Part shown: positions 1 to 11,131 of the stretch, piece after piece | Layout of the letters: each line of letters starts with the position of its first letter | How positions within the stretch are numbered: position 1 is the stretch's first letter | Source of the DNA: Vulcanimicrobiota bacterium | GTDB taxonomy: Bacteria; Vulcanimicrobiota; Vulcanimicrobiia; Vulcanimicrobiales; Vulcanimicrobiaceae | Assembly: GCA_963786105.1 (NCBI GenBank) | Contig: CAWAXX010000023.1 | Coordinates: 32,001-96,000, forward strand | Direction: 5' to 3' | Length of the DNA stretch: 64,000 nucleotides | Translations under genes and position numbers: made by a program | The notes under the pieces: generated by a model | Seen by the model: only the letters and a program-made list of their open reading frames with translations | The model's database searches: none | What the model was told of the DNA's origin: nothing

Positions 1-30
1 CCGAATTTGCAAATGTTAGGGATTCTCTCG

Positions 31-1308
31 CTATAGGGCGCCTTCGGGGCCCATGCCTTCCAGGCGCTTTTTCAGGTCGGCGAGGAACCCGCTGGCAACG
101 TAACCGTCGACAACGCGATGGTCGAGCGACAGGCACGAGTTCATCATGTGCCGGATGGCGATCGCGTCGTCGTCGCGGACGATAGGTTGCTTGACGATCG
201 TCTCCATCGTGAGAATCCCCGCCTGACCGGCATTGATGATCGGCGCCGATGCCCACGAGCCGTTGGCGCCGTTGTTGTTGACCGTAAACGTACCGCCGGC
301 CAAATCGTCGACGCCAAGCTTGTTCTTGCGCGCTCGATCGATCAGCTCGCCGGCGGCGATGGCCAACCCGCGAATCGACAGCAGATCGGCGTGCTTGATC
401 ACCGGAACGACGAGGTTGGTGGCCAAACCGATGGCTATACCGACGTTGACGTCCTTGTTGACGTAGATCCCCTCGGACGTGAACTTTGCGTTCATCAACG
501 GGAAGGCTGCCAGCGATTCGATGGCGGCGCGCATGAAGAACGGCAACAACGTCAGCTTGTAACCGGTCTCTCGCTCGAAGCGATCCTTCTCGCGCGTACG
601 CCATTTCCACACGTTGGTCACGTCGATCTGGACCATCGACCACGCGTGCGGAGCCGCGTGCTTGCTCTCGACCATACGCTCGGCGATGATGCGGCGCGCT
701 TGCGTGAGCGGGATCGTCATGCCCGGAATCGGCTTACCGTAGCTCGGTACGCCGGTCGCGGGTACGGCAGCCGGCATTGCGGGTACGGGCGCGGCCGTCG
801 CCCCGCTGGTCGCCGCGAGAACGTCCTGTGCGGTGACTCGTCCGTTCGCGCCGCTTCCTTTCAGAGTGCGAATGTCGATGCGATGCTCGCGTGCCAAGCG
901 GCGTACCGCCGGAGACGCCGCGCGCAACGCGGTTTCGGTGTCGCCCGGAAGCGGGCTTGCGGCTCCGCTGCCGTTCGTCGACGGCGTCTGCGCCGGGTTG
1001 GCCGATGCGACCGGCGGCGGAGCGGATTGCGGGGCCGACTCGGCGGGGGCGGGCGCGGCGGCGGCGGCGCCCACTTCGTCGATGACCGCGATCGGCGTTC
1101 CGGTTGCGACGGTTTCGCCTTCCTTCACCAGCACTTCGCGGATCGTTCCGGTAACCGGCGATGGAACTTCGGCGTTGACTTTGTCGGTCGAAACCTCGAC
1201 GAAGGCTTCGTACTTCTCGACCGAGTCGCCGATCTTCTTGAGCCACTGCGCGACGGTTCCCTCGGTGACGGTCTCACCGAGCTGCGGCATCGTAATCGTG
1301 GTAGCCAT
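31..1308 (-). CDS. 2-oxoacid dehydrogenase E2, dihydrolipoamide acyltransferase (branched-chain type likely)
   Basis: Lipoyl domain (EVSTDKV), Ala/Pro linker, E3-binding domain (ASPAVRRLARE), catalytic DHRVVDG. Confidence 0.95.
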   Translation of the reverse strand: MATTITMPQLGETVTEGTVAQWLKKIGDSVEKYEAFVEVSTDKVNAEVPSPVTGTIREVLVKEGETVATGTPIAVIDEVGAAAAAPAPAESAPQSAPPPVASANPAQTPSTNGSGAASPLPGDTETALRAASPAVRRLAREHRIDIRTLKGSGANGRVTAQDVLAATSGATAAPVPAMPAAVPATGVPSYGKPIPGMTIPLTQARRIIAERMVESKHAAPHAWSMVQIDVTNVWKWRTREKDRFERETGYKLTLLPFFMRAAIESLAAFPLMNAKFTSEGIYVNKDVNVGIAIGLATNLVVPVIKHADLLSIRGLAIAAGELIDRARKNKLGVDDLAGGTFTVNNNGANGSWASAPIINAGQAGILTMETIVKQPIVRDDDAIAIRHMMNSCLSLDHRVVDGYVASGFLADLKKRLEGMGPEGAL

Positions 1309-1316
1309 GATTCGTT

Positions 1317-2333
1317 CTAAAACCTCACCATCTCGCGCATCGCGTCGGCCATTTTGGCCGGTGACGACATGTACTCTTCCTCGAGCGGCAAGGCGTACCC
1401 CATAGCGGGGACGTCGGGCGCGCAGAGACGCCGAATCGGTGCGTCGAGATGGAAGAGCGCTTCCTCGGCGACCATCGCGCTGATCTCGGCGCCGATGCCG
1501 CCGAACTTGTTGTCTTCGTGGACGATCAGCAACTTGCGGGTTTTCTCGACGCTGTTCAAGATCGTCGTCCGGTCCATCGGTCGTATCGATCGCAGATCGA
1601 TCACTTCGACCGAGAGGTTATCGGCCTGCAACCGTTGCGCGGCCTCGAGCGCCCAGTGTACGTAGAGGCCGTACGACACAACGGTAAGCGCAGAGCCCTC
1701 CTTTAGGACGTTGGCTTTTCCGATCGGAATCGTGTAATGGCCGTCCGGCACTTCGCCCTTGATCAAACGGTACGTTTTCTTGTGCTCGAGGAACATCACC
1801 GGATCGGGGTCGTCGATCGCCGCGTTGAGCAGACCTTTAACGTCGGCCGGGAAAGCGGGGGCGACGATCTTCAGGCCGGGAACGTGATAGAAGAGCGCCT
1901 CGATCGAAACGGAGTGCGAGAGCGCGCCGCGCACGCCGCCGCCGTAGGGAGTGCGAATGACCAGCGGGCACGTGTACTCGCCGTTCGACCGGTAGCGCGT
2001 CTTGGCAGCCTCTCCGACGATTTGATTGAACGCCGGATAGATGAAATCGGCGAACTGAATCTCCGCAATCGGCCTCAATCCTTCCATCGCCATGCCGACG
2101 GCGATGCCGACGATCGAGGCCTCAGCGATCGGCGTGTCGATTACTCGTTCCGGGCCGAACTCGTCGATGAAGTCCTTGGTGATGAGGAAGACGTTTCCAC
2201 GCGGACCGACGTCTTCGCCAATGATGACCGTGCGGTCGTCGTTCTTCATCGCCTCGTACAGGGTTGCGCGGACCGCCTCAACGTTGTTCATGACGGTCGA
2301 CGTCGCGCTGCTGCTCACTGCCACGGTTGCCAC
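1317..2333 (-). CDS. 2-oxoacid dehydrogenase E1 beta subunit
   Basis: GEDVG, DTPIAE, EIQFADF motifs; adjacent to E2. Confidence 0.95.
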   Translation of the reverse strand: MATVAVSSSATSTVMNNVEAVRATLYEAMKNDDRTVIIGEDVGPRGNVFLITKDFIDEFGPERVIDTPIAEASIVGIAVGMAMEGLRPIAEIQFADFIYPAFNQIVGEAAKTRYRSNGEYTCPLVIRTPYGGGVRGALSHSVSIEALFYHVPGLKIVAPAFPADVKGLLNAAIDDPDPVMFLEHKKTYRLIKGEVPDGHYTIPIGKANVLKEGSALTVVSYGLYVHWALEAAQRLQADNLSVEVIDLRSIRPMDRTTILNSVEKTRKLLIVHEDNKFGGIGAEISAMVAEEALFHLDAPIRRLCAPDVPAMGYALPLEEEYMSSPAKMADAMREMVRF

Positions 2334-3341
2334 GCTCCTTCGTAGACGTGCGTGTAAAGCTCACCCGGTTCGGGATACGGCATGGCTTCGGCCGCATCGG
2401 TCGCTTCGTTGGTTTCCCGCAGAACGTCTTTACGAAGTGCCTCGACGTCGGATGCGGTCATGACGCCGTTGCCGACTAGCACCGCTTCGAACCGAGGAAC
2501 GGGATCGAGTTTACGGCGTTCGAGCACCTCGTCCCGCGTGCGGTACGTCATGTCGTTGTCATCGGTGGAATGCGCTAGGTACCGGTAACACGTGCCCTCG
2601 ATGAGCGACGGACCGCCTCCCGAGTGCGCGCGATCGAGCGCCTCTTTGACGGCCGCGTAGGTGTCGATTGGATCGAAACCGTTGAACCGCCGGCCCGGCA
2701 AGCCGTATCCGACGGCACGCTTCCAAATCTCGGGTTGCGCCATCTGCTTGTCGAGCGGCGTCGAAATCGCCCATTCGTTGTTCTCGACCAACATCACGAA
2801 CGGCAACTTGTGAATTGCCGCGAAAATTCATCGATTCGTGCCATTCGCCTTCGCTCGTGGTTCCGTCGCCGCAAGTTGCCAGCACCGCACGACCCGACTC
2901 GCCGCGATACTTCAGCGCAAACGCGGCTCCGACGGCGTGCGGTAAGTGCGCCGCGAGTATCGACGAAAACGACATCAGCCCGGCAGCCTTCGAGGAGTAA
3001 TGATTCGGAAATTGACGGCCGCCATTGTGGTCGGCAGCGCGCGCGAAGATCGAGAGCAGGATTTCGTAAGGCGTGAGTCCGATTCCGAGGGCTAGTCCCA
3101 GGTCGCGATAGTACGGCGCGAGCAGGTCCCGGCCGCGCGTAAAGGCCATCGCCGCACCGGCTTGCAACGCCTCGTGCCCCTCGCTGCCGAGTGCGAAGGG
3201 AACCTTCCCTTGACGGTTGAGCTGGAAGCCGCGGTTGTCGAGCTGGCGCTGGAGCAGCATATTGCGTAGCATCCGGCGCAGCTGCTCGTCGGTTAGGCCG
3301 TGGCGCTCGAAGGTGCTCGTTTGGGTGTCCGTCTTAGCCAT
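2315..3341 (-). CDS. 2-oxoacid dehydrogenase E1 alpha subunit, copy 2 (one frameshift near 2825, probably a sequencing error)
   Basis: GHEALQ and TPP motif GDG..SEGEWHESMNF in ORF 2559-3395; continues with ENNEWAIST and YRYLAHSTDD in ORF 2315-2806; extra T in a T-run. Confidence 0.88.
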
Positions 3342-3376
3342 ATCAGTCTTTCGCCTTGTCGGTCGTTGTGAAGGCG

Positions 3377-4484
3377 TCATCGCCACGGCTGCCAACCGTC
3401 GGCGTAGACATTGTCGAACAGGTCTTGCGCAAGCGGGTACGGCATCGATTCCGCCCGGTCGGTGGCTTGGTTCGCCTCGGCGAGGATGGAACGCTTCAAC
3501 GCTTCGGAGGCCTCCGCCGTCAAAATTCCATGCTCGGCCAGGAGCGCTTCGAAACGCGGCACCGGATCGTCTTTTCGGCGCTCCGCGACTTCTTCACGCG
3601 AGCGGTAGGTGCGGTCGTCGTCGTCGGTGGTGTGGGAGAGAAACCGGTAGCACTTGGCCTCGACGAAGGTCGGGCCGCAGCCGGTTCTCGCGCGATCCAT
3701 CGCCGCCTTGACGGCAGCGTAACACGCGATGGCGTCCATCCCGTCGACCATCTACGCCGGGCATGCCATAGCCTTCGGCACGCTTATACAGATCGGGCTG
3801 CGCGGTTTGTTTGGATAGCGGCGTCGAAATGGCCCACTCGTTGTTCTCGCAGAGAAAAACGATCGGCAGCGCGTGCACGGCGGCGAAGTTAAGCGACTCG
3901 TGCCATTCGCCTTCGCTGGTCGCTCCATCGCCAAAAGTTACCAAAACCGCTCGTCCGCGCTCCTCGCGATACTTCAACGCATAGGCGGCGCCGACCGCGT
4001 GCGGCAACTGTGCGGCGATCACCGAGCTGATCGTATGAAGGCCGAGTCGCCGGCTGGCGTAGTGATGCGGGAACTGGCGCCCGGCCGAATGGTCCGCCGC
4101 CCGCGCAAACAGGGACAGCAGCACCTCGTACGGCGTCAGGCCGATACCTAGCTCGAGTCCGAGGTCGCGATAGTACGGAACCAGGATGTCCTTGCCGCGC
4201 TCGAAGGCCATGGCTGCCCCCGCCTGAACGGCCTCGTGTCCTTCGCTGGCCGACGCGAACGGTATTTTGCCTTGGCGGTTGAGCTGGAAGCCGCGATTCT
4301 CGAGCATTCGCTGCGCGAGCATGTTGCGAAACATCGCGATCAGTTGCGCGTCGGAAAGACCGTGCCGCTCGAAGGGCGGTCCCGCCTTCGCCGCCGGCGG
4401 CGCATCGTTGTGAATGGACACTGGACTTCGGTACTCGCCTTCATCTGCGTCCAAATCCTGCGATGACTCCGGGCGGCGCTTCAC
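3377..4484 (-). CDS. 2-oxoacid dehydrogenase E1 alpha subunit, copy 1 (one frameshift near 3752)
   Basis: GDGATSEGEWHESLNF...ENNEWAIST in ORF 3594-4484; C-terminus YRFLSHTTDD in ORF 3377-3751. Confidence 0.88.
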
Positions 4485-4522
4485 GGGAACCGCCTGCCCG
4501 CAGGCCGTACAGCCTCAAACCG

Positions 4523-5686
4523 ATGCCGCACTCAAGCCTTGCCGTCCCGCGAGACGAGTTGATTCGCTATCGTCGCCACTTTCACGCCCACCCGGAGCTG
4601 TCGCTGGAGGAGTTCGAAACGGCCGCCTTCATCGAGCGCGAGCTCAACGGCTGTGGGTTTGACCGGGTGCGTACCGAGGTCGGGAAGACAGGGATTACAG
4701 CGACGCTGCGCGGCGGCAAGCCCGGGCTGGTGACGCTGCTTCGAGCCGATATGGACGGCTTGCCGGTAACGGAGCGCAGCGACGCCGGTTACCGCTCGAC
4801 GCACGAGGGGGCAATGCACGCGTGCGGCCATGACGGCCACATGGCGATCCTGCTGTCGGCGGCTCGCGCACTGGCGGTGCGGCGGGCCGACGTGCCGGGA
4901 AGCATCGTGTTCTGCTTTCAACCCGGCGAAGAAGGTTTGGCCGGCAACCGTCTCATGATCGAAGACGGGGCGCTCGAAAACCCTCACGTCGACCGCACCT
5001 TTGCACTGCACTTGTACAGCGGGCTCGAGGTCGGCAAAGTCGGCATCCGCGACGGTCCGTTCTTCGCGGCGTCGGATCGCTTCTCGATCGTACTGACCGG
5101 GAAGGGCGGCCACGGCGCGATGCCGCAGGCAGCCATCGACCCGATCGTCGGCGCCGCGCAGCTGGTCAACGCTCTGCAAACGCTGGCCAGCCGCGAGATC
5201 GCACCGAAAGATCCGGTCGTCGTTACCGTCGGCTCGCTTCACGCCGGCACGACCTTTAACGTCATTCCCGATCGCGCCGAACTGAATGGAACGGTACGAG
5301 CGTTCGACGGCGGCGTTCGCCGGTCGATGCCGGAGCGCATCGAACGGGTCATCCGCGGCGTGTGCGAAGCGATGCGCCTGCAATACGAGTTCGAATACGG
5401 CTGGGGCTATCCACCGACGGTCAACGATGCCGCGATGAACGACGTGGTGCGCGATGTGGCGAGGTCCGTGGCCGGTGAGGAAAACGTCGTCGATCCGCAC
5501 GACATCCTCATGTGGTCCGAAGACATGGCGTACATGCAGCGAGAACGCCCGGGAGCGTATTTCGTGGTCGGCGTGCGCGGACCGGAAATAGGCTTCGAGC
5601 CGCAGCACAGTTCTCGCTACGACATCGACGAGCGCGCTCTCGAGGTGGGGTTCGAAATGATGGTCGGACTAGGACTACACGGCTAG
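4523..5686 (+). CDS. M20D family amidohydrolase
   Basis: HPELS, RADMDGL, MHACGHDGH, QPGEEG, GGHGA, SEDM motifs. Confidence 0.93.
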   Translation: MPHSSLAVPRDELIRYRRHFHAHPELSLEEFETAAFIERELNGCGFDRVRTEVGKTGITATLRGGKPGLVTLLRADMDGLPVTERSDAGYRSTHEGAMHACGHDGHMAILLSAARALAVRRADVPGSIVFCFQPGEEGLAGNRLMIEDGALENPHVDRTFALHLYSGLEVGKVGIRDGPFFAASDRFSIVLTGKGGHGAMPQAAIDPIVGAAQLVNALQTLASREIAPKDPVVVTVGSLHAGTTFNVIPDRAELNGTVRAFDGGVRRSMPERIERVIRGVCEAMRLQYEFEYGWGYPPTVNDAAMNDVVRDVARSVAGEENVVDPHDILMWSEDMAYMQRERPGAYFVVGVRGPEIGFEPQHSSRYDIDERALEVGFEMMVGLGLHG

Positions 5687-5774
5687 CGCTCCGCTCAGGA
5701 TGACACGCGGACGTCCTTCGACTGCGCGCCTTCGGCGCTCTGCATGACAAATGTCGCGCAGTTCGGGATGACAC
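5686..5774. repeat. REP-like repeat family B (GTCCTTCGACTGCGCGCC..CGGCGCTC / CGCTCAGGATGACAC), 1.5 units
   Basis: Near-identical segments at 44039-44081; lies between convergent genes. Confidence 0.75.
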
Positions 5775-5780
5775 GACGGG

Positions 5781-6126
5781 CTAGGGTGCGTCGTCTTCGG
5801 TGACGGTCAAGACCCAGCGGACGGCGCGGGAATATTGATCGAGCTCGCGCAGCGATTGTTGCAGCCATCGAAAAGCTTCGTCCGACGATACGGGCGCGAG
5901 ATCCGCGCGCTCGAACGCGCGCGGCGAATTCGAGAGCCGCCTCGAGTTGGCTTTCGAGATTCGCCCACTGCGCGAGCAACGCCCGTTCCGAAGATTCGAG
6001 AAGGCGATCGATGACCGGGGGAGCCGGATCGCCGGGATGGCGCATTGCAAACTCGAGGCGCGCGAGAGCGTAGTGGCTTCGCGCGGTAATAAACGAAGCG
6101 AGCAGCTGCACGAGACGCACGTCCAT
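5781..6126 (-). CDS. Hypothetical helical protein (frameshift near 5925)
   Basis: MDVRLVQLLASF... in ORF 5695-6504 joins AFERADLAP...TEDDAP in ORF 5781-6050 if one base is removed. Confidence 0.55.
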
Positions 6127-6226
6127 CGGCACGCCGATTCTGCTGTAGGCCGCTAGCGCCCTACGGCGAATGCCCGGCCGGGGGTTTCCCGGACTTAGTT
6201 GGCGATAGGTCGAGTGGAGGGGCGAG

Positions 6227-7465
6227 TTGGCGAATTCTGACGTTCGCAGATACGTGATCATCGGAAACGGATTTGCCGGTACGACGGCTGCGGAACAACT
6301 TCGAAAGCACGAGCCGTCGTGCGAAATCGTGTTGTTCGGGGACGAACCGTATACGCTGTACAATCGCATCTCGCTGCCCCCGATGCTGCGCAAGCAGATT
6401 CCGGAAGCGAAAGTGATGATTCGAAACCTGGCGTGGCACGAAGAGCATCGTATCGAACTTCTCCTGCGTACTCGCGCCGACCGCGTGATTCCCGAAGAAC
6501 GCATCGTTGAGGCGGGCGGCAGGGCCTATCCGTACGACGCGCTGCTCATCGCGACCGGCGGCCGGCCGAATCCGACTGGTAAACCCGGCTCGGACGACGC
6601 CCAAAACTTGTATCCGTTTCAGTATCTCGACGACACCCGGTCGATCTCCGAGCAAATCGACCGGAGCCGAGCGGCCGTTGCGATCGGTGGCTCGTTCATC
6701 GCCTACGAGCTCGCCGAAGCGTTCTCTTCGCGCGGATTGGAAACGCACTGGCTCATGCGCGGGCCTCGCGCTCTCCATCGCGTGATCGACGACGCGGCCG
6801 GCGAACTGCTGCACGAAGCGGCGGCCGCCGACGGCGTCTACATGCACTACGGCGAGGAAGTCGAAGAGTTCGTGCGATCCAACGGCGTCATCACGAAAGT
6901 CCGCACCACGAGCGGCCAGGAAATCGAAGCCCAATGTTACGCGTACGGATTCGGCTTGCACATGAACACCGAACTCTGCGACGGTACGGAGATCCAAACG
7001 AGTCGGAACGGGATCCTTTGCGACGATCGGCTGGAAACTAACGTCAAAGGCATCTTTGCCGCCGGTGACGTGGCCGATTTCTTCGATCCGATTCTCGAAA
7101 TGCGCTATCGCATGGGTACCTGGAACAACGCCGGCGCCCACGGCAAGGTGGTCGCTCTCAACATGATGGGCGGCAGCGAAGTCTATCACGACGTTCCCGA
7201 ATACTCGTCGCTGCTGTTTAAAGGGCAGACGATTACGCAGTTCGGCATGGGCCCCGAGTTGCGACCCGACCTCGATATGGTTCGCAAAGTCGACCGCGAG
7301 AAGAAATGGTATCGCGCGCTGTTCTTCTGGCAAGACCGTCTCGTCGGCGGCTTGATGTTGGGTAAGGGTAACCGGGCCGGCAAGCGCAAGTACGTCGAGG
7401 CGATTAAAAACAAGCAACGATTCCCCAAGACGGAGTGGCAAGCGATGCTCGATTGGACCGCTTAG
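6227..7465 (+). CDS. FAD/NAD(P)-dependent oxidoreductase (ferredoxin/rubredoxin reductase-like)
   Basis: IIGNGFAG, LIATGG, GGSFIAYE, IFAAGDVA; GGAGG upstream of TTG start. Confidence 0.9.
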   Translation: MANSDVRRYVIIGNGFAGTTAAEQLRKHEPSCEIVLFGDEPYTLYNRISLPPMLRKQIPEAKVMIRNLAWHEEHRIELLLRTRADRVIPEERIVEAGGRAYPYDALLIATGGRPNPTGKPGSDDAQNLYPFQYLDDTRSISEQIDRSRAAVAIGGSFIAYELAEAFSSRGLETHWLMRGPRALHRVIDDAAGELLHEAAAADGVYMHYGEEVEEFVRSNGVITKVRTTSGQEIEAQCYAYGFGLHMNTELCDGTEIQTSRNGILCDDRLETNVKGIFAAGDVADFFDPILEMRYRMGTWNNAGAHGKVVALNMMGGSEVYHDVPEYSSLLFKGQTITQFGMGPELRPDLDMVRKVDREKKWYRALFFWQDRLVGGLMLGKGNRAGKRKYVEAIKNKQRFPKTEWQAMLDWTA

Positions 7466-7553
7466 GGGCGGCGGCGCTTCGACGTTAGGAGGCGTGACGC
7501 TTTCGCGCGATGAAGCGGCTCGGCATATCGTTTTTCGTGAGGATGACCATACT

Positions 7554-8073
7554 GTGCGCCTAAAGATTGCGGTAGCGTTCGCTTGCATGCTGGTAGCGGC
7601 GACCGGCGAAGGGCGCGCCGCCGTCGTAGACGATGTCACCCAAAAAGCATTGACGGCCGACTACGCACTCCGGTGTACGGCTGCATTCGACCCCAGCGAT
7701 GCAAACCTCGACGCCGCTTTCGCGGTCTTGGCTCCGGAGTTCGTCGGCATCGATCCAACGGGCCAACAAGTGACGCGCGACGAGGTTGTCGGAGAACTAA
7801 AACAGCAGACTGAAATTGCTGCATGCGACCGCCTGCGATAACAAGATCGACTCGTTTACGCTGTCCGATCCGGCCACGATCGTCGTCGCCAACACCTTGC
7901 ATCTCGAGGGTGACCTGCAGGCGCCCGACGGCAAGCACGACTTGGCGTTGACCGAGAAGTCGCAAGACACTTGGAAGAACGAAAACGGAAAGTGGATGGC
8001 GTCGCAAAGAAAAGATTCACAAATAGTCGTAAAGATCGACGGCAACGTCGTTCAGGACCAAGGCGGACCCTAG
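7554..8073 (+). CDS. Exported NTF2-like/DUF4440-type protein (frameshift near 7809)
   Basis: Signal peptide; LAPEFVGIDPTGQQVTRD and DTWKNENGKW patterns split over two frames. Confidence 0.6.
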
Positions 8074-9107
8074 GCCGAACAAGCGCGCGCGATGGCCTCG
8101 GCGAACCGGTCGACGTCGTCCGGAGTCGTTGCCCAGTGCGTCATCCAGCGCACCTCCGGCAATCGTTCGTCGAAAAGATAGAAGAAGAACTCTCGCCGCA
8201 AGCGCTCTATCGTCCGGACGTCGAGCGTTGCAAAGATGGCATTGCAGCGTACCGGACGCGTGATGGTGACCCCATCCATCGCGCTAACGCGCTCCGCGAG
8301 CCGAGACGTCATCGCGTTGGCGTGCGTGGCGTATCGCAACCAGCGGTCGCCGGCGAGCAGCGCTTCGAACTGCGCGCTGAGATAGCGCATCTTCGAGGCG
8401 AGCTGCATCGCTTGCTTGACGACGAAGGGCGCGGCTCCGGCATGCTGCTCGGGTTTGAAGAAGCAGATCGCCTCCCCGAGCAGCAGCCCGTTCTTGGTGC
8501 CGCCAAACGTGAGGACGTCGACGCCGGCCTCGACCGTCAGCGCGCGCGGCGTAACGCCCAACGCGGCGGCTGCGTTCGCGATTCGCGCGCCGTCGACGTG
8601 CACGAGCAAGTCGTGGCGATGGGCAAACGCGCACAGTTCCGCGATCTCGCCTGACTCGTACAGCCCCCCAAACTCGGTTGCCTGCGAGATCGAGACTACG
8701 CGCGGCTGTGGGAAGTGGACGACTCGTTCGGCGTGGACATACGGTTCGATATCCGCGGGACGCAGCTTGCCGTCCGCGGTGGCAATCGGCACGACCTTCG
8801 AACCGCTGAAGCGCTCAAACGCGCCGCACTCGTCGGTCTGCAAATGCGCGGTCGCCGGACAAAGCACGGCTTCCCAGGGTCGCAAAAGCGAGCCCAGCGC
8901 CGCAACGTTCGCACCGGTGCCGTTGAAGGCGAAATGCACGTCGACGCGTTCGCCAAAATGTTCGCGAAAGCGCGCCAACGCTCGGGCGGTCCACTCGTCG
9001 TCGCCGTAGCCGACGGCGTCGCCGGAGTTCGCGGCGGCGATCGCATCGAAAATCTCCGGCGCGATCGGCGCGGCGTTGTCGCTGGCGAAACTGCGCTCCA
9101 CGCTCAC
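8070..9107 (-). CDS. ltaE: Low-specificity L-threonine aldolase
   Basis: FASDN, GYGDD, NGTGANV, HVDGARIANA, GGTKNG (PLP lysine). Confidence 0.9.
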   Translation of the reverse strand: MSVERSFASDNAAPIAPEIFDAIAAANSGDAVGYGDDEWTARALARFREHFGERVDVHFAFNGTGANVAALGSLLRPWEAVLCPATAHLQTDECGAFERFSGSKVVPIATADGKLRPADIEPYVHAERVVHFPQPRVVSISQATEFGGLYESGEIAELCAFAHRHDLLVHVDGARIANAAAALGVTPRALTVEAGVDVLTFGGTKNGLLLGEAICFFKPEQHAGAAPFVVKQAMQLASKMRYLSAQFEALLAGDRWLRYATHANAMTSRLAERVSAMDGVTITRPVRCNAIFATLDVRTIERLRREFFFYLFDERLPEVRWMTHWATTPDDVDRFAEAIARACSA

Positions 9108-9112
9108 CTTCG

Positions 9113-10474
9113 CTAGATGTCTACCGTTACGCCGCGGCGCGCGACTTCGGCATGGCCAGCCGAATGCCGAGCTGGCGAGCGTGGCAACGGCCGTCGCCGA
9201 CTCGACTTCACCGTGGACCGCGTACAGATGGGGCATTGACGGACAGGTTTCAAACCAGCGCTTCAGGTCGTTCTGATCGGCATGCGCCGAAAAACCGGAG
9301 AGATGCACGATTTTCGCCAGCACCGGAAGCGTGTCGCCGAAGATGCGAACGCTATGGGCGGCGTGAGTGAGCAGAAATCCAAGGGTCCCGACGCTTTGGT
9401 AACCGGGAAAAACGATCGTCGACTTGGGGTCGGCCAAGTGGTTGTGCAAATGGTGCAGGATGCGGCCGCCCGATGCCATGCCCGATGCCGAAACGATGAC
9501 CGCCGGTCCGGTGAGCGCGTTAAGCGCTTTCGATTGCACCGTCGTCACTTCCAGCGAGAAGTTTTGTACGCCGAAGGGCGTTCCGGACTGGTCGCGCGGA
9601 ATCGGTTTGTGCGCGTCGGGAAAGGCCGCAAAAAGCGCGTCGACCTTGGCGGCCATCGGACTATCTAGGTGGACCGGAAGGCTCGCGGCGCGTGGGTCGC
9701 GCGCCTGGATTTGGCGCGATGGCTCAGCAGAATATCTTGGGAGCGTTCCACCGCAAATGCGGGAATGACGATCGGACCGCCGCGTTCGGTCGCCTCGTCG
9801 AGCGTCGAACGGAGCGCCTCAGACGGATCGGGGGGATGGACGCGGTCGCCGTACGTCGATTCGCTGACGATGACGTCGGCCGCGCCGACGGGATCCGGAT
9901 CGTAGAGTAAGGGTCGTCGGTACCGGCCGAGGTCGCCGGAAAAGACGACCCGTTTCCCTTCGAACTCGAGAGCGACGAACGCCGAGCCGATGATGTGTCC
10001 GGCGTTGTGGTAGGTTGCGGTGGCTACGCCGGCCGGAGCGAACGGTGTGTCCAGTGCAACCGGTTGCACTAGGCGCATCGCTGCAACGACGTCGGATTCG
10101 TCGTAGTACGGCGGCGGCGCGTGCGGCCGCTCGTGATTGAATCCACGAGCGTGAAGTTCTCGCTGCAGGTGGGCGGCGTCGTCCAGCACGATCTGCATCA
10201 AACCTTGCGTTGGCGGCGTGCAGAATACCGCGCCACGGAAGCCGTCGCGGACGAGTTTCGGAAGGTAGCCGATGTGATCGAGGTGTCCGTGCGTGATGAC
10301 GACCGCGTCGATTTCGGATGCGGGCACCGGAAGCGGGACGTCGTTGAGGGCGCGCACGTCGACGACGCCTTGAAACAGGCCGCAGTCGATGAAAATGCGC
10401 CGGCCGCCGATGGTGAGCAGGTGTTTGCTGCCGGTGACCGTCCCGGCCGCACCGACGAACGTCAGCTCTGCCAT
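9113..10474 (-). CDS. MBL-fold beta-CASP ribonuclease (frameshifts near 9715-9725 and 9153)
   Basis: GAAGTVTGSKH, THGHLDH, AGHIIGS, SGDLG, ESTYGDR, ASGMASGGR, FSAHAD across frames. Confidence 0.85.
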
Positions 10475-10487
10475 GCGTTACCGCCCA

Positions 10488-11108
10488 TTAGAGCGACCGC
10501 GTCTCTTGCGTGACCGCAGGGCGCCGGATGTCGAAGGCGGCGTGGCGATTGAACGCCCGCGAACTGGGCATAGCTCCTTCGACGTACGCGTCGAGGCAGC
10601 GATCGATCAGATCTTCCGGACGGTCGTTCGCGATCAAAACCGATCCGGTGTCCTTTTGAACGAGGTGGGCGATCGGCACGAACTCGTCGCTTATTCCGCC
10701 GGAGTGGGTGAGCACGCCGATGAGTTTTCCTTCGTCGTAGGCGATGCAGAACTCGCCCAACGTCCCGCTGCGGCCGCCGACGAAGATCACGAAATCGGAG
10801 CTGTGAATGTTGTGCGTTTCGCGCCCCATTAGGCCCGAGCCGGTGAACACCATCGCGGTGTACGGCTGTAGCGGCGATCCGTAAACGTTGACGTGTTCTT
10901 CGCGTGAGAGTGCCGGCGAGATGCCCAAGCTGTAGCCGCCGCATTCGGCGGCGCCGAGCACCGCCGCGTGCGGTAAACCCGGACAGGCGCCGGTAACGAT
11001 GGTGCAGCCGAGCTCGGCAATGCGCCGGCCCAGCCGGCGGGCGAGCGCTAATTCCCCGTCGGAGATTCTTCCACCGGCGGAGCCCATGACGCCGATTTGG
11101 ACGTTCAT
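10488..11108 (-). CDS. LOG/SLOG-family nucleotide-binding protein (TIGR00725-like)
   Basis: IGVMGS, VTGACPG, GGRSGTLGE motifs. Confidence 0.75.
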   Translation of the reverse strand: MNVQIGVMGSAGGRISDGELALARRLGRRIAELGCTIVTGACPGLPHAAVLGAAECGGYSLGISPALSREEHVNVYGSPLQPYTAMVFTGSGLMGRETHNIHSSDFVIFVGGRSGTLGEFCIAYDEGKLIGVLTHSGGISDEFVPIAHLVQKDTGSVLIANDRPEDLIDRCLDAYVEGAMPSSRAFNRHAAFDIRRPAVTQETRSL

Positions 11109-11131
11109 GGGTCGAACGATGCGTGACGGCG

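Noticed and set aside
118..1320. Long antisense ORFs here and elsewhere (e.g. 22441-23775, 46858-48474)
   Set aside because: Shadow frames of GC-rich genes with recognisable products on the opposite strand.
8070..9656. Apparent 528-aa ribonuclease/threonine aldolase fusion
   Set aside because: Caused by a one-base insertion near 9153; the ribonuclease has its own TAG at 9113-15 and the aldolase its own GTG start.
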